Shown: positions 13,943-24,686 of the stretch, one piece after another
Layout of the letters: each line of letters starts with the position of its first letter
How positions within the stretch are numbered: the first letter of the stretch is position 1
Source of the DNA: Halocafeteria seosinensis
Lineage: Eukaryota
Direction: 5' to 3'
Assembly: GCA_001687465.1 (NCBI GenBank)
Contig: LVLI01000321.1
Coordinates: 1 to 64,000 of the forward strand
DNA length: 64,000 nt
The notes under the pieces: generated by a model
What the model was told of the DNA's origin: nothing
What the model saw: only the letters and a program-made list of their open reading frames with translations
Databases searched by the model: none
Program-made: the position numbers and the translations under genes

Positions 13943-14900
13943 ATGCGCCTTCGCATCGTTGACTCTGCCGGTGAAACCACTGGTATGGTTGTAGACGAGT
14001 CAGCAAGTCTCGGCGCCATCCTGCGTGCGTATGCCTCGAGACGTGGCTTGACACCCGATCAATTTAGAATGTTCTTCCAGGCTTCTCCTGTCGAATTGGT
14101 TTACACCCCCGCTCAGTATGGAAGACGGAGATGCAGTCCAGCTGCTTCCGGCCCAGTGGGGAATGATCAGTACATTCACCCAGGCGGACCGAACGGATCC
14201 TCTCACTCAACTCCTACTAGCTGAACCTGACAAACGACAAATAACACCAAGGATGTTGGACCGCTTGCGACAACTGGCTGAAGAAAAAGGGGCTTTCCCG
14301 GATCCACACTATACGTATGAACTGGACAACCGAGTTCTTCGTTCCAACCATTTACAACTGATTTCAGAATTTGTGGACTACGTCTGGGACACCAATCATA
14401 CAAAAAACCAAGTGGACATGCGAATGGTCATTTCGGACGATTTATTCTACTCCTTGATGCAGTACTTAGAAACGCGGTGCAGGGCGCAACAGCTTCTGCA
14501 GGATCTGACAGAGCTACATTCTGGATATTCGCGCTGGCGCAACTCAAAAATAGTATTTCGAAGGACTGAGGGACCCACCGATGCCTGTATAGGCTTTCAC
14601 TGCGATGGAGATTACGCAAGTACCACCTGCCAAATTGCATTGAATTCGGATTCTGAATACTATGGCGGGGNGCTTTGTTTCTTCATGAAAGACGGTCTAC
14701 ATTTTCCGCGGCGTCCGCAAGGGTGTATGACGAAGCATACGCGAACAATCCTACATGCTGTTACGGCTCTACATCGTGGTGTTCGCAAGAGTCTCTTCCT
14801 AGTGGATAAATCGAACGGTCTTGGAGAGGGTGGGGTTCATCATGTACAAGTATCAGCAGTTGAAGGCTTCTTGAAACGCAAAATGCTTTCAGAATTGTAG
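13943..14900 (+). CDS. SUMO/ubiquitin-like domain fused to 2OG-Fe(II) dioxygenase; frameshifted at about 14118 (possible pseudogene)
   Basis: SUMO-like AYASRRG...FRMFF...TPAQY(G)MEDGD, followed by HCD...H...RKS dioxygenase motifs. The two ORFs are in different frames. Confidence 0.7.
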
Positions 14901-15511
14901 AAAGTAGTGTGGTATGCTTGGTACTCATGTAGGTATGCAAAAGCGCGATCTAGCGAAAATTCCAAAGTGTACCAGTTAATAATCTTACAACCGTTAGTTG
15001 ATTCTTAATAATAGCTATGAGTCTCTTACGTGTACGCTCCTTCGCATACCTCCCCCATGCAACTCTACAAACACGGTGGTCTATACGTGGTGTGTATTCA
15101 ACTTTAGCTATAGTAAGTGGCCGTTAGTCGAGACTACGCCTCTCCTCATACACTGTATTGGGCGTTACTAAATGCAACCACTTGCGCAACATCCTACAAT
15201 TAGTCGAAAGTTGTGCAACGACTCAATGACAGACTGACTCAGTCAATGCGTAGTAACTTCAACTTCAACTTCGTCGGTTCGTATGTGACACTACCTTAGT
15301 TTTCCCGGGTATACAGTAGTTGTGGTGCATAGCTTGACTTTTTCATGTGTACATGAACAGGGAACAAATCGTTTTTGATTGTGGCTGCGCTGTGCCAAAG
15401 TCTGCAGGGGGGAAAAGACGCGTCTAAAGCGATCGGCGCTGGCATCATCGCCTACAAGGGCTTAGAGAAAGTAGAAATCCACGCATAGTCCAATCGACTC
15501 AGACCTAAGAC

Positions 15512-18500
15512 ATGGTGCGCACGCGGGGAAAAAGGAGGAATATCTCCAAAAACAATGATTTCAAGCATCGAAAAGCCAAAGTGGGAAGGAAACTTCAACG
15601 TGCTAACCTGACCGATACCACCTTTCAGGCTGCTTCGCTCAGGCTACCGACACAGAGAGGGATACACGAGCCTCATACGGACGAAGGGAAGTATAAGCAT
15701 GCCTCTGCTGCTGATAAAAGCTCCAATCCTCAGGGACAAGAAGATGAAGCCAGTGTTGAAAGTGGTGACTGGAGCAAAGAGGACGACGAAGACGAACACT
15801 ATAGCATTCACCACTACATGTCGCTTTGCCACCATCATAATATCCGTGCCCGGAAGGAAGCAGTAAGAACCTTGTCCATTAGGTTGAAGAAACATCCAAA
15901 GTGGATTAAAGAGAACTTGGCAGTGTTGATCGATACAAATGTCAAACTTATCGTGGACGTTGCTCCTGGTGTGCGGAGGAAAGCCCTCGGTTTGTTTTAT
16001 ATACTGCTCAAGAATGTTTCCGCTCAGGATATGCAAGCTTTTCTCCCCTTAATACTGGTGCATCTGAAAGCAGCATTATGCAAGGTTCAAGCAGATATTC
16101 GCCTAGATTCCTTAGCCTTCGTAATTGTGTTGTTATCTCTATTCCCAGACCTGGTGACACAATACTGCAGAGACCTGGTGGGAGTATTGTTACAGCTTGT
16201 ATCTTCAGAACAGTTGACTGTAGTGTCGCGATCACTAGTAACCAAGGTTTTGCCTGCAGGGTTGGGAATAGGCCAACCGAAGCAAGTGAGTCGGAGCACT
16301 AGTAGAGCTTCGGACTTGCTGAAGCCTTTGTCCGGTCGAGCTCTTGCAGAGATGATGGAAAGCGTGTACGCAAACAATAGCCAGAGGAAAAGCTTAACTT
16401 CTTTGGAAACTCGGGTCGCGATTGTATGGGTGCTGGGGCAGTTGCTTAGCGTATCTAATAGCCAGAGATCGGATCCTCTCTTTGCTGACGGAGAGAAGAA
16501 TGTAGCTGAGTGTGATATCTTTTCATCACTAAATGTTGTTGGTAAACCTTCTGCTATATGTTTTACGCTCAATTCCTACTCTTCAATTCAGGGGAATGAA
16601 TCCAGGGTGGGTCTTTCAAACTGGAAAAGTGATGATTACTCCGAGGGCCAAGGACTCAGAACGTCTGATGACACACCTATTCTAAAAGGATATAAATCGC
16701 TGTTGGCCGTCTGGCAGGAATGCTCTCCAACGGAAGCTCATAGCCACGACGCGTCGACCCTCAAGAGGATGAAGCTTGTCATCGACGTTTTGCAGTTGCT
16801 TCTGAGCAGTTTCTCCATGGGAATGGATGACAAGGGCAGCACTGGCGTGCCAGATGTCAGGAACATGAGTGCCAAGAGGATTATCAGGCTTGCGAGTAAG
16901 GAAATGGATTTGCCTACCCCGTTGGAACTACTGAGACGCGGCACAAAGCAAAGCTCCACGGGTGGAAAGCGGTATCATCAGCGCTTAGAGACAAGTACTG
17001 TACCTTTCGAGCCTGAGGATGGGGGTGGTACAATAGAAGAGCAGGAGGACGATGGAACAACCGACACTTCAGGGAACAATCCCCTGTCCACCGAAATACT
17101 ACAGCAGTTGCGCAATTCGGTGCTGAGTATCTTCCCTTGTCAAAGTTCTGCTATAGAGGGACGGCAGAAGCGGCGGAGCAGAGACACCCAGTTGGAAGAG
17201 GTGGACCCCTGGAATGAAGTAAATTTATCCATAACGAGACTATTCTCTCTGTTCTTGCCTTCCGTGGAAGTACAGATATACGATCATCCGGAAAATGAAA
17301 GTATCCCCGAGAAGCAGGAAGTACGAGAACAGTTTCTTGAATGGGAGGAAGAGACTGCTCTCCGCCAAGTTATGACTGAGCAGCAACAGGCGCTTTTGAA
17401 CGGCTCGGCGACTAACGAGGAGCAGCTAGATATGTCTGCTGCGGCTGGTGTTGTTGTGGGGTATGGGAAGGGATCGAGAGATGTTACTTCAGTTCTAAGC
17501 GAAAAACAGAAGAAATTGCTTGAACGTGCTCGAAGGGCCGCATTTGAGCGCGCGGATATGGTAGCAGGTTGGTATGTCTCAAAGCTCAAGAAACGCCGAA
17601 AGCATATGCGTGGTAAACTTGAATGGGTCCCTCAAATCACGGAGTATTTATCAGCTTGCCTATACGGTCTTGCCGTTGGAAAGGCAATACCACATGACGT
17701 TCGCTCCGCGATGGATAACAAAGAGTATGAAAACTTTGATACGAATGCCATGCCGAATGCTGCAAGTGCGAAAACTCGTCAGAAGGTGAGAACACCTCCT
17801 ACATTAGTTGAGAGTGTGAGAGAATATGTGCCTCACGCTGCGCAAGACAGCATTCGCCACCTACTGGCCCTTACGGGGGAATTATTTAAGATTTCTTCGC
17901 TACACAACGACAGCAGAAGACATCTTACCCAACTTGTTTCTGCCCTTTTCAGGCGTCATTTGTACAAGCCTTGCCCGCAGGATCGTCAAAGTGCTGAAAA
18001 TAAAATTATACCCAGTGAAATAGCAAGAAACTGGATTCAACAGCTACCTCGGACTCTGTGGCAAATTGGATCTAGCGATCTTCTTGTGTCTCTAGAAATA
18101 ATAAAGATATTGGAGTCGATTCCTTTCTATCATTTGAATCACGATGAGGATGGTTCTTTTTATGATGGGGTACTCCGGCGCTGCACGCCAGTTCTCTACG
18201 CGATGACCTCAAGAGGAGGTCCAAGGGAGAAGCAGAAGGATGTCTTCGGACCTTTTATCTCATGGCCTCACCGAATGCAGCGCCGATTCCTTTGTTGCAT
18301 ATTTAACACTTCAAGGTTCAACAGCTCCATGCTAAGAGGCTTGAGGATGATGTGTTACAGTAAGCACGTATCTGAGGAGATAGTACGTTCTATTATATGT
18401 CAAATTAGTAGGAGACTCAGTGACAACGGGTGTTCTAGCCAACAGGACTCTGTGGAAGCAAAAAACGATACATGGTTGCTCGGAAACTTTTTGCTCAAAC

Positions 18501-19465
18501 TTTTCTTTGGTTGTAATGTCGACTTTGACCATGACGGCGTCATTTCCACAGTTCCTTTAGACAGTAATCAGGCTATGGGTACAGAGAGCGAAGATAAAGA
18601 GTCGGAGATGCGTGTTTCTAGTGGAGTAATTGGTCCCAACGAAGAATCGCGTTTCTATACTATTATGAGCTCGATTGCGAAGCAGGTTTCCGTTTTGGAT
18701 GGCGCTTGGTTGGTGGATATTCTCTTAAGGGCACACTGCTCAGTTAAAAGCAGTGGTTGGAAAGTTATGGAGGACACTAGGGACGGAAGGCGACGGTATG
18801 ATACGGCAACTGTGGGAATTTATTGGATATGTTTGAGAACATTACTGTCTAGGGAACAAGATGTACGGTGTGTGAATGACCAAATATTGAACTGTTTAGC
18901 AGAAGGCACGAATCACTCGTCAGACTCCCGTACACGTATAGCGCGGTTTCTTGCCAATGAGGTCTCAATGTCACTGGCTCGGTTGAGTACTGAAGAAGGC
19001 ATATCTTTAAAGCTATCCGTGGACAACTGGTGTGCTGCAGATAGACTTGCAATGAGGTCTTTTGATCCACTATTTTATTCTTCATCGAGGAAGAAATCTT
19101 ACTTAACTGATTTAATTGGTGAGATCCTAGAACTGTCCCCTGCTATGTTGCTCGCACTGCTAAAGACAATTGGGACCGCACTGAGTGACTCTGGTGTTAA
19201 CGATCTACCATTAGCAACCGCGTTACACTCTCTAGCTGCTGTGATGCGCTCTTCGTACCTCCATGAGCTTAGAACAACAGTTGCAGTAACACAGCACCAG
19301 GAGGCCTCGCTACACACTCTCAAAGAGGAGTGGGAGCGTGCCCTTGAGGCTGCTGTAAACGGATTATCAGATACTAACAAGAGTCAACATTTGGACTTGA
19401 TTGAAGAAATCGAGGCTATAGCCAAAAACTATGGGCTAGAAGCGGGTGTCGAACGTACTCGCTAA
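15512..19465 (+). CDS. TEX10: Pre-rRNA processing protein IPI1/TEX10 family
   Basis: N-terminal DFKHRKAKVGRKL..N.TDTTF motif, then HHN...RKEA and LKAAL.KV..DIRLDSL Ipi1_N HEAT region. 1317-aa single ORF. Confidence 0.8.
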   Translation: MVRTRGKRRNISKNNDFKHRKAKVGRKLQRANLTDTTFQAASLRLPTQRGIHEPHTDEGKYKHASAADKSSNPQGQEDEASVESGDWSKEDDEDEHYSIHHYMSLCHHHNIRARKEAVRTLSIRLKKHPKWIKENLAVLIDTNVKLIVDVAPGVRRKALGLFYILLKNVSAQDMQAFLPLILVHLKAALCKVQADIRLDSLAFVIVLLSLFPDLVTQYCRDLVGVLLQLVSSEQLTVVSRSLVTKVLPAGLGIGQPKQVSRSTSRASDLLKPLSGRALAEMMESVYANNSQRKSLTSLETRVAIVWVLGQLLSVSNSQRSDPLFADGEKNVAECDIFSSLNVVGKPSAICFTLNSYSSIQGNESRVGLSNWKSDDYSEGQGLRTSDDTPILKGYKSLLAVWQECSPTEAHSHDASTLKRMKLVIDVLQLLLSSFSMGMDDKGSTGVPDVRNMSAKRIIRLASKEMDLPTPLELLRRGTKQSSTGGKRYHQRLETSTVPFEPEDGGGTIEEQEDDGTTDTSGNNPLSTEILQQLRNSVLSIFPCQSSAIEGRQKRRSRDTQLEEVDPWNEVNLSITRLFSLFLPSVEVQIYDHPENESIPEKQEVREQFLEWEEETALRQVMTEQQQALLNGSATNEEQLDMSAAAGVVVGYGKGSRDVTSVLSEKQKKLLERARRAAFERADMVAGWYVSKLKKRRKHMRGKLEWVPQITEYLSACLYGLAVGKAIPHDVRSAMDNKEYENFDTNAMPNAASAKTRQKVRTPPTLVESVREYVPHAAQDSIRHLLALTGELFKISSLHNDSRRHLTQLVSALFRRHLYKPCPQDRQSAENKIIPSEIARNWIQQLPRTLWQIGSSDLLVSLEIIKILESIPFYHLNHDEDGSFYDGVLRRCTPVLYAMTSRGGPREKQKDVFGPFISWPHRMQRRFLCCIFNTSRFNSSMLRGLRMMCYSKHVSEEIVRSIICQISRRLSDNGCSSQQDSVEAKNDTWLLGNFLLKLFFGCNVDFDHDGVISTVPLDSNQAMGTESEDKESEMRVSSGVIGPNEESRFYTIMSSIAKQVSVLDGAWLVDILLRAHCSVKSSGWKVMEDTRDGRRRYDTATVGIYWICLRTLLSREQDVRCVNDQILNCLAEGTNHSSDSRTRIARFLANEVSMSLARLSTEEGISLKLSVDNWCAADRLAMRSFDPLFYSSSRKKSYLTDLIGEILELSPAMLLALLKTIGTALSDSGVNDLPLATALHSLAAVMRSSYLHELRTTVAVTQHQEASLHTLKEEWERALEAAVNGLSDTNKSQHLDLIEEIEAIAKNYGLEAGVERTR

Positions 19466-19652
19466 CTACTAGGGCGTGTTCCATTTCCGAACTGTAGTGA
19501 TACGGAATGAACTACGTCATCTGACATTATTAATTCCAATAGCGGCAAGACCTCTCACATGTATCATCCTTCAGTTGCGTAGGGATCATTGGGCACGCTA
19601 TGCTATTGTGCCAGGAAATCTGCTCAGTTTCCATGTCCCTAACGGCAACTCA

Positions 19653-20804
19653 CTATTCTTGATCATCACATTGCTTGTTTTGCTCTGCTTCACGTATCAT
19701 CGAAGTTAGATGCTCCACCCTAAGAGCACGTTCAACTTGAGATTGCCGTTGGCCTGAAGAGGCTCCATTAGGATGTTTGTCTTTTTGATACGATGGCGGT
19801 CTCGGTATTGATCGAGTGGCATTCGTTTGTGCTTGGGTGCCGTGATTCTGACTCTGGTCCCCCTCTTGTCCCCTTTCCCGTTGGTCCTCCTGCTCATCTT
19901 CTTCCTCTTCCTCGTCTTCCTCCTCCTCACTCTCCAGCACATCGTCCGACTCTTCTGTATCATCTGAGTCTCGTGAATACTCCGGAACCTCTAAAGTAAT
20001 GTTGTGGCGTTCCTCGGCCCGTCTAATGGCCTCTCGAAGCGAGTCGTTTTCTCGTCTTAGTCGGTTTCGACTACTAGCTAAGGAAGTTTTCTTACGCTTA
20101 GCGTAAGTAAGTTTATCCTTCGATTTCCTGAGTTCATTTTGTATGTCCTCCATTCTTTGTTGTGTGTCCGCCAACGTCGAACGGAGCGCCTCAATCTGTT
20201 GTGATCCCGCAAGCGCATTGCCATAGGTGATAAACCGACAATTCTCCAGCGCCTGGTACCATCGATCTTGATCTTTACTAGTTTCAGCCGACAAGACCAG
20301 TGACTTCCCTCCAAAAGAAGGGTGCGTAATTTCGATCCCGAACCGCATATTCCGTTTGGGGCCCTCTCGACATGTATCCACCGAGCAAGAATCCAGCGGT
20401 AGGACGCCTTTGGGATGAAAATCAAAGTAGATCATCGGTCTGTCCCGTGCATCATAATAAAGGAGCATTCCATCCTTCTGTCACCGGAAAGAGACAAGAG
20501 GCACACATGATACATAGAAGAGAAAGCACAGTCTAGCTCATATACACCGTCATACCAGTACGAAATAGCGTCTTTTCCAGCTTCGTTTCCCACTGATGGC
20601 TTTCTTGTACAGGTGTCCAGTCATTTGCTTCTCCACGACAAGGTCTGAAGCTTCCCCATCGTGCGCCATCTCGGCAAAACTCTTTCCAGAGGCTGGTTCG
20701 CACATGCTTTCGGTGAAAAAGGAGGCTCGATCGCCTCCCGAGCCCGAGCCAAAGAGGCCATCCAAGGCCCTGGACTCTTTACGCAGAATATCCGTGTCTG
20801 CCAT
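19653..20804 (-). CDS. PH-domain protein with coiled coil, 2 exons
   Basis: GHLYKK..SGKRSWKRRYFVL | LLYY...PKGVLPL...LSAET..DQDRWYQAL, then a coiled coil and an acidic tail. Confidence 0.85.
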
Positions 20805-21504
20805 TATGCGCGCACCCAACAAGGCAAGCAGCGAAAATGAGACATGATATGACAAACAAGCATTAAACGGATATAATGCATCAATACGGGCTGAATAGAG
20901 GAATACAATACGCTCCTTCAATGTGCCTGCCAGTGCGGAGACAGTGTGCTGGAAGTACAGGTGTGTGCTGAGTGCTCTGCTGCTGGAGGGGTACATACGT
21001 ATGGTTGTACAAACATGCCTCCTTCCCGGTCTTGGCGACAAAAAAATCAGGGCAATGAGCTCGCGTTGGGTTTTCCACTGAAAATAGTACCTTGGTGCCA
21101 CGGTTCAAGCCTGCCAGGTCTACAGGAAGCAAGGAAGTCTTGTGCTGCGTGTACAGGCATGGGGAAGTGCAAGTGGAAGTCCAAGAAGTCCACGGACTTC
21201 CGGGTACTACACATTCATTGTTGGTCGGGTGGACCCACAACAATGTCCGTAAGCCCATGGCATTCATGCACTCTTACTCCTTCGTCTTGGTTGCCTTAAT
21301 AACATAGACGAACGCCATCCTTCCACTTGTGAATCTCAGGAGCGTAAATTTTTTCTTGGGAGGCTATTTGAGGGGGAAACTTATGTTTGAAAATGGGTTT
21401 GATTGGTTCAAGTGCTTCTCTTGCTTTCTTCAGTCGACAGTTTTGTGTGCTCTCAATCTAGTGGGTTATCGGGGGCCTCGTATCGTATACGTAAAGCAAT
21501 AAGG

Positions 21505-24417
21505 ATGACCATTCTGGCCCACATTTTGTCCCTCTACAACATGGTTATAGAGGTGGTTCAGTCTTATTTCACAACATATATAGTCCCTATGCTAGATGCT
21601 CTATCAGGCCTCGGACTGTCGATGCCATTTGCGTGGAAGCAGTATGTTTTTCAGTGGATGTATTACAGCCATACCCAGCTAGAGCTCATCACGGGAGAAG
21701 ACGAAGTGGCCCAAGGAGCCGGATTCAGGGACACACATAACTTTTTGTCGGCTTTCCCCTTTATGTATAATGCACCTTTGGAATGCTTCCAGAATGGGAC
21801 GATCTCAATGCAGGATGACGGGACAGGACGTGCGTACGAGTTGTTGGAATCGCCGGAAGCTGAGAAATGCTTATGGAGCTGGGTTACTGGGACCCCACTA
21901 GAGAACGACAGTCTACGTTTGTTCCTTACTGTATGGCTCACCATTGGAGTGTGTGAAGTACTATGGACTGTAACGAAGCGGTTGCTCGTACAAGTTAAGG
22001 CTCGAGGCAACATTGACGATGAAGACGACTACGGTTTGGAATGGATGCCTCTATTGGTTCCGTCGGTTGTCATTCCTCTAGTGGGCACTTTCTTATATTG
22101 GTCTACAGCGAATGCGGCATCGGCTGTCGCTAGTGCTGAACTCTTTTCAAATTTTTTTCACTGGTTACTTCAGCTCACCCAGTCGATGCAAGGGGTACTC
22201 AAGTTGCTATCTGCAGTCATTGGTAGCGCTGTGGCTGTCGGAATCGCATCGTCTATATACCGGGTCCTCCTACTTCTAGTACCGGTTGCCCTGGACATGT
22301 GGACTTTAAGCCTCATTGCTTCTGGCTTGTGGAGTGTAATCCGTGTCCTGTATGGAGGAATGCTATGGTTGCTCCAAACAAGAACGAAACTGTCGGAATC
22401 TTCGCTGGATAACTTAACTATTCTTGCGGGAGCGGTGACGTTTTATGTGTTACTGTATCTCCTTTTTTGGAAGAAGCACGCTGCTCGACTCTGGAGGATG
22501 TCGAAATCGACGGTGGATATGATGATAGTCGAGCAGACTAGCTTGTTCTGTGTCTTGTTTCCCGTCGCATTGGCGTTGGGACTCGGTCAGGTGGGAATTG
22601 AATACTGTCATTGGTTTCAGTTCAGTATCCACGCTTTGTTATTGTTATACTGTTCACCCTGGAGCAAGTCGATAGAGAAGGTGAAGCTCCGTACAGTGTT
22701 CCTTGGGATCCCATTCCGAGCCTTTTGCATGAGCAGGCTCGCTCTTCTTTTGTTAGCAGTTTACAAGCCAGAGATTGGGTGGAACCTTGTGCAGACAATT
22801 CTCTCGTACCTACGGAATGGGCTTGACAATGTGTCTCTTGGACTGCTGGGGTCGATTACCCCAGCTCTGGGGAACGTATTGACCGAACTCCCTTCTCCGG
22901 TTGTCTGTTTTGGAGCATGCGTGTTCATGGTCTCCTCGTTTATTATATACCTTCAGTTACCCCTTCAATCTTTTTCAAGGGTTATGCTATTTGGCGGAGC
23001 ACATAGTGTATCCTCGGCTCTGTTTGAATGGTCGTTCGTCGTACTAATGAAGGTTTTTGTTCCCTCAATTGAGCTGGCCAGTCTCGGGGTGGTGGGCATG
23101 TCTATTCTCGTTGGAATATTCAGTTTGTTCCTGAACCCTGAAATCAAAGCCGCAGCCCCGTGGATGTTTCCAGTCCATGTGGACACCCTTTGTGGTATCC
23201 GAAATCGCTTTCGCGAAACCAGACTGTTGGAAAATATGTCAAAGACACTCTGGGATTCATTGCTTATGCAGATGTACCTGTTACTGGTTGTTAATCTGTC
23301 AAAAGTGAGAGAGTGTGACAAGATGCATTCCACGAATTGTATCCAGCAGTGTCTGCTTTCCTTTCAATTAAGCTACACTTTTCCTCTGCTATGGCTAACT
23401 GTTCCCCTCGGGATTTGCACTCTCTTGCACCACGCGGAGGATGAGTCTCCGAGGACCACTAATCAGGCTAATGAACGTTCGAACAAATCCCCCAAGATGA
23501 TTCAATACTATGCTAATGAATCCGGCACGGAAGATCAATCAAATGGTCGATATGGGTCACGACGAAGGAAGTCTATTTCTCGCCAGAGGAAGTTCGCCAC
23601 AGAAGCGTATCAAAGTGGAGCCAGGTCCTCTGGGGACTACACTACCTTTAGAAGTGACTCGATTCCACGGCCTTCAGCCCCCGATCCTGATTATTTATCC
23701 ATGCTAGGAACCAGTGTCCACGAACGTGAAGGTGTCGAGTCTTCGGGCGTTTCGTCTGACAGATACACTACAGAGTTCCGTGCATACTCTCACGAAGGAC
23801 GAGCGACTAGTGGTGTTCCACAGGCTTCGCATGCCTCCGATTTCGATTTCATGCACTCTAATGGAGGACAGAGACGACCGTTATTTGGCAGTAGTTCCGG
23901 ATTTGCTATGCCTGATACGCCTCCCCGACGAGATGGAATAGATATTTCTCAGGCATTTGGCGCTACAACGATTTCTAGTCCTGGCAGAAGCCAGGCTCCT
24001 GGTAATTTTGCCGACACGTCACATTCACACGTAGGAGTTGGAGGACCGAATCTCTCTACTTATAGCGATGCCGCACAGTCGCACATAGGAGTTGAACGGT
24101 CGAATCTCCCTACTTGTAGCGATGCCGTATCTACTCCACCTCGTAGCTCTACTATGGGACATCAGCCAGCGGGTGCTGTTGGCTCACAGGAATCCACAAG
24201 TAGCAGTGCTGGCCAGGCTAACAACGCGAAGTCTCCACAGGATCTACTGTGGGAGCAATTCGGTGATGAAGATGAAGAGATTCTCTTGTCGCAGTCAGAG
24301 CTGGTTGAAGAACTAGAGCGGAGAGGCTACCGAGGCGGTGGTGGAGTGAAACGCCCTCTGGCGGAAGACGAGAACGTCCCTGAGTCCAATGGTGACAAGA
24401 GGCAGCGTTGGGCCTGA
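21505..24417 (+). CDS. Uncharacterised multi-pass membrane protein with disordered C-terminus
   Basis: About 970-1004 aa uninterrupted ORF with many hydrophobic segments and a Ser-rich tail. No family recognised; start uncertain. Confidence 0.7.
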   Translation: MTILAHILSLYNMVIEVVQSYFTTYIVPMLDALSGLGLSMPFAWKQYVFQWMYYSHTQLELITGEDEVAQGAGFRDTHNFLSAFPFMYNAPLECFQNGTISMQDDGTGRAYELLESPEAEKCLWSWVTGTPLENDSLRLFLTVWLTIGVCEVLWTVTKRLLVQVKARGNIDDEDDYGLEWMPLLVPSVVIPLVGTFLYWSTANAASAVASAELFSNFFHWLLQLTQSMQGVLKLLSAVIGSAVAVGIASSIYRVLLLLVPVALDMWTLSLIASGLWSVIRVLYGGMLWLLQTRTKLSESSLDNLTILAGAVTFYVLLYLLFWKKHAARLWRMSKSTVDMMIVEQTSLFCVLFPVALALGLGQVGIEYCHWFQFSIHALLLLYCSPWSKSIEKVKLRTVFLGIPFRAFCMSRLALLLLAVYKPEIGWNLVQTILSYLRNGLDNVSLGLLGSITPALGNVLTELPSPVVCFGACVFMVSSFIIYLQLPLQSFSRVMLFGGAHSVSSALFEWSFVVLMKVFVPSIELASLGVVGMSILVGIFSLFLNPEIKAAAPWMFPVHVDTLCGIRNRFRETRLLENMSKTLWDSLLMQMYLLLVVNLSKVRECDKMHSTNCIQQCLLSFQLSYTFPLLWLTVPLGICTLLHHAEDESPRTTNQANERSNKSPKMIQYYANESGTEDQSNGRYGSRRRKSISRQRKFATEAYQSGARSSGDYTTFRSDSIPRPSAPDPDYLSMLGTSVHEREGVESSGVSSDRYTTEFRAYSHEGRATSGVPQASHASDFDFMHSNGGQRRPLFGSSSGFAMPDTPPRRDGIDISQAFGATTISSPGRSQAPGNFADTSHSHVGVGGPNLSTYSDAAQSHIGVERSNLPTCSDAVSTPPRSSTMGHQPAGAVGSQESTSSSAGQANNAKSPQDLLWEQFGDEDEEILLSQSELVEELERRGYRGGGGVKRPLAEDENVPESNGDKRQRWA

Positions 24418-24686
24418 AAAGCCACAAATTAATGAACAAATTGCGTTCTTTGGGAAATGACAATACCACTAGTATAAGCACGCTTTTTTACCACCGGACT
24501 CTTCAATGCAATCCTTGCTAAACGTTTTATAAAGAAAGACACCAGGGCAATTTCACACCAAACATGAAATTGAAGAGGTTCCCGGGAGAAAGCAACGATA
24601 CACACTACTACTGAATAGCGCTAGCTAACGAGCATCTATTGAATGAACCCAGTCTATGGGTCCGCAGCAGCTACGAAACTCGCATG

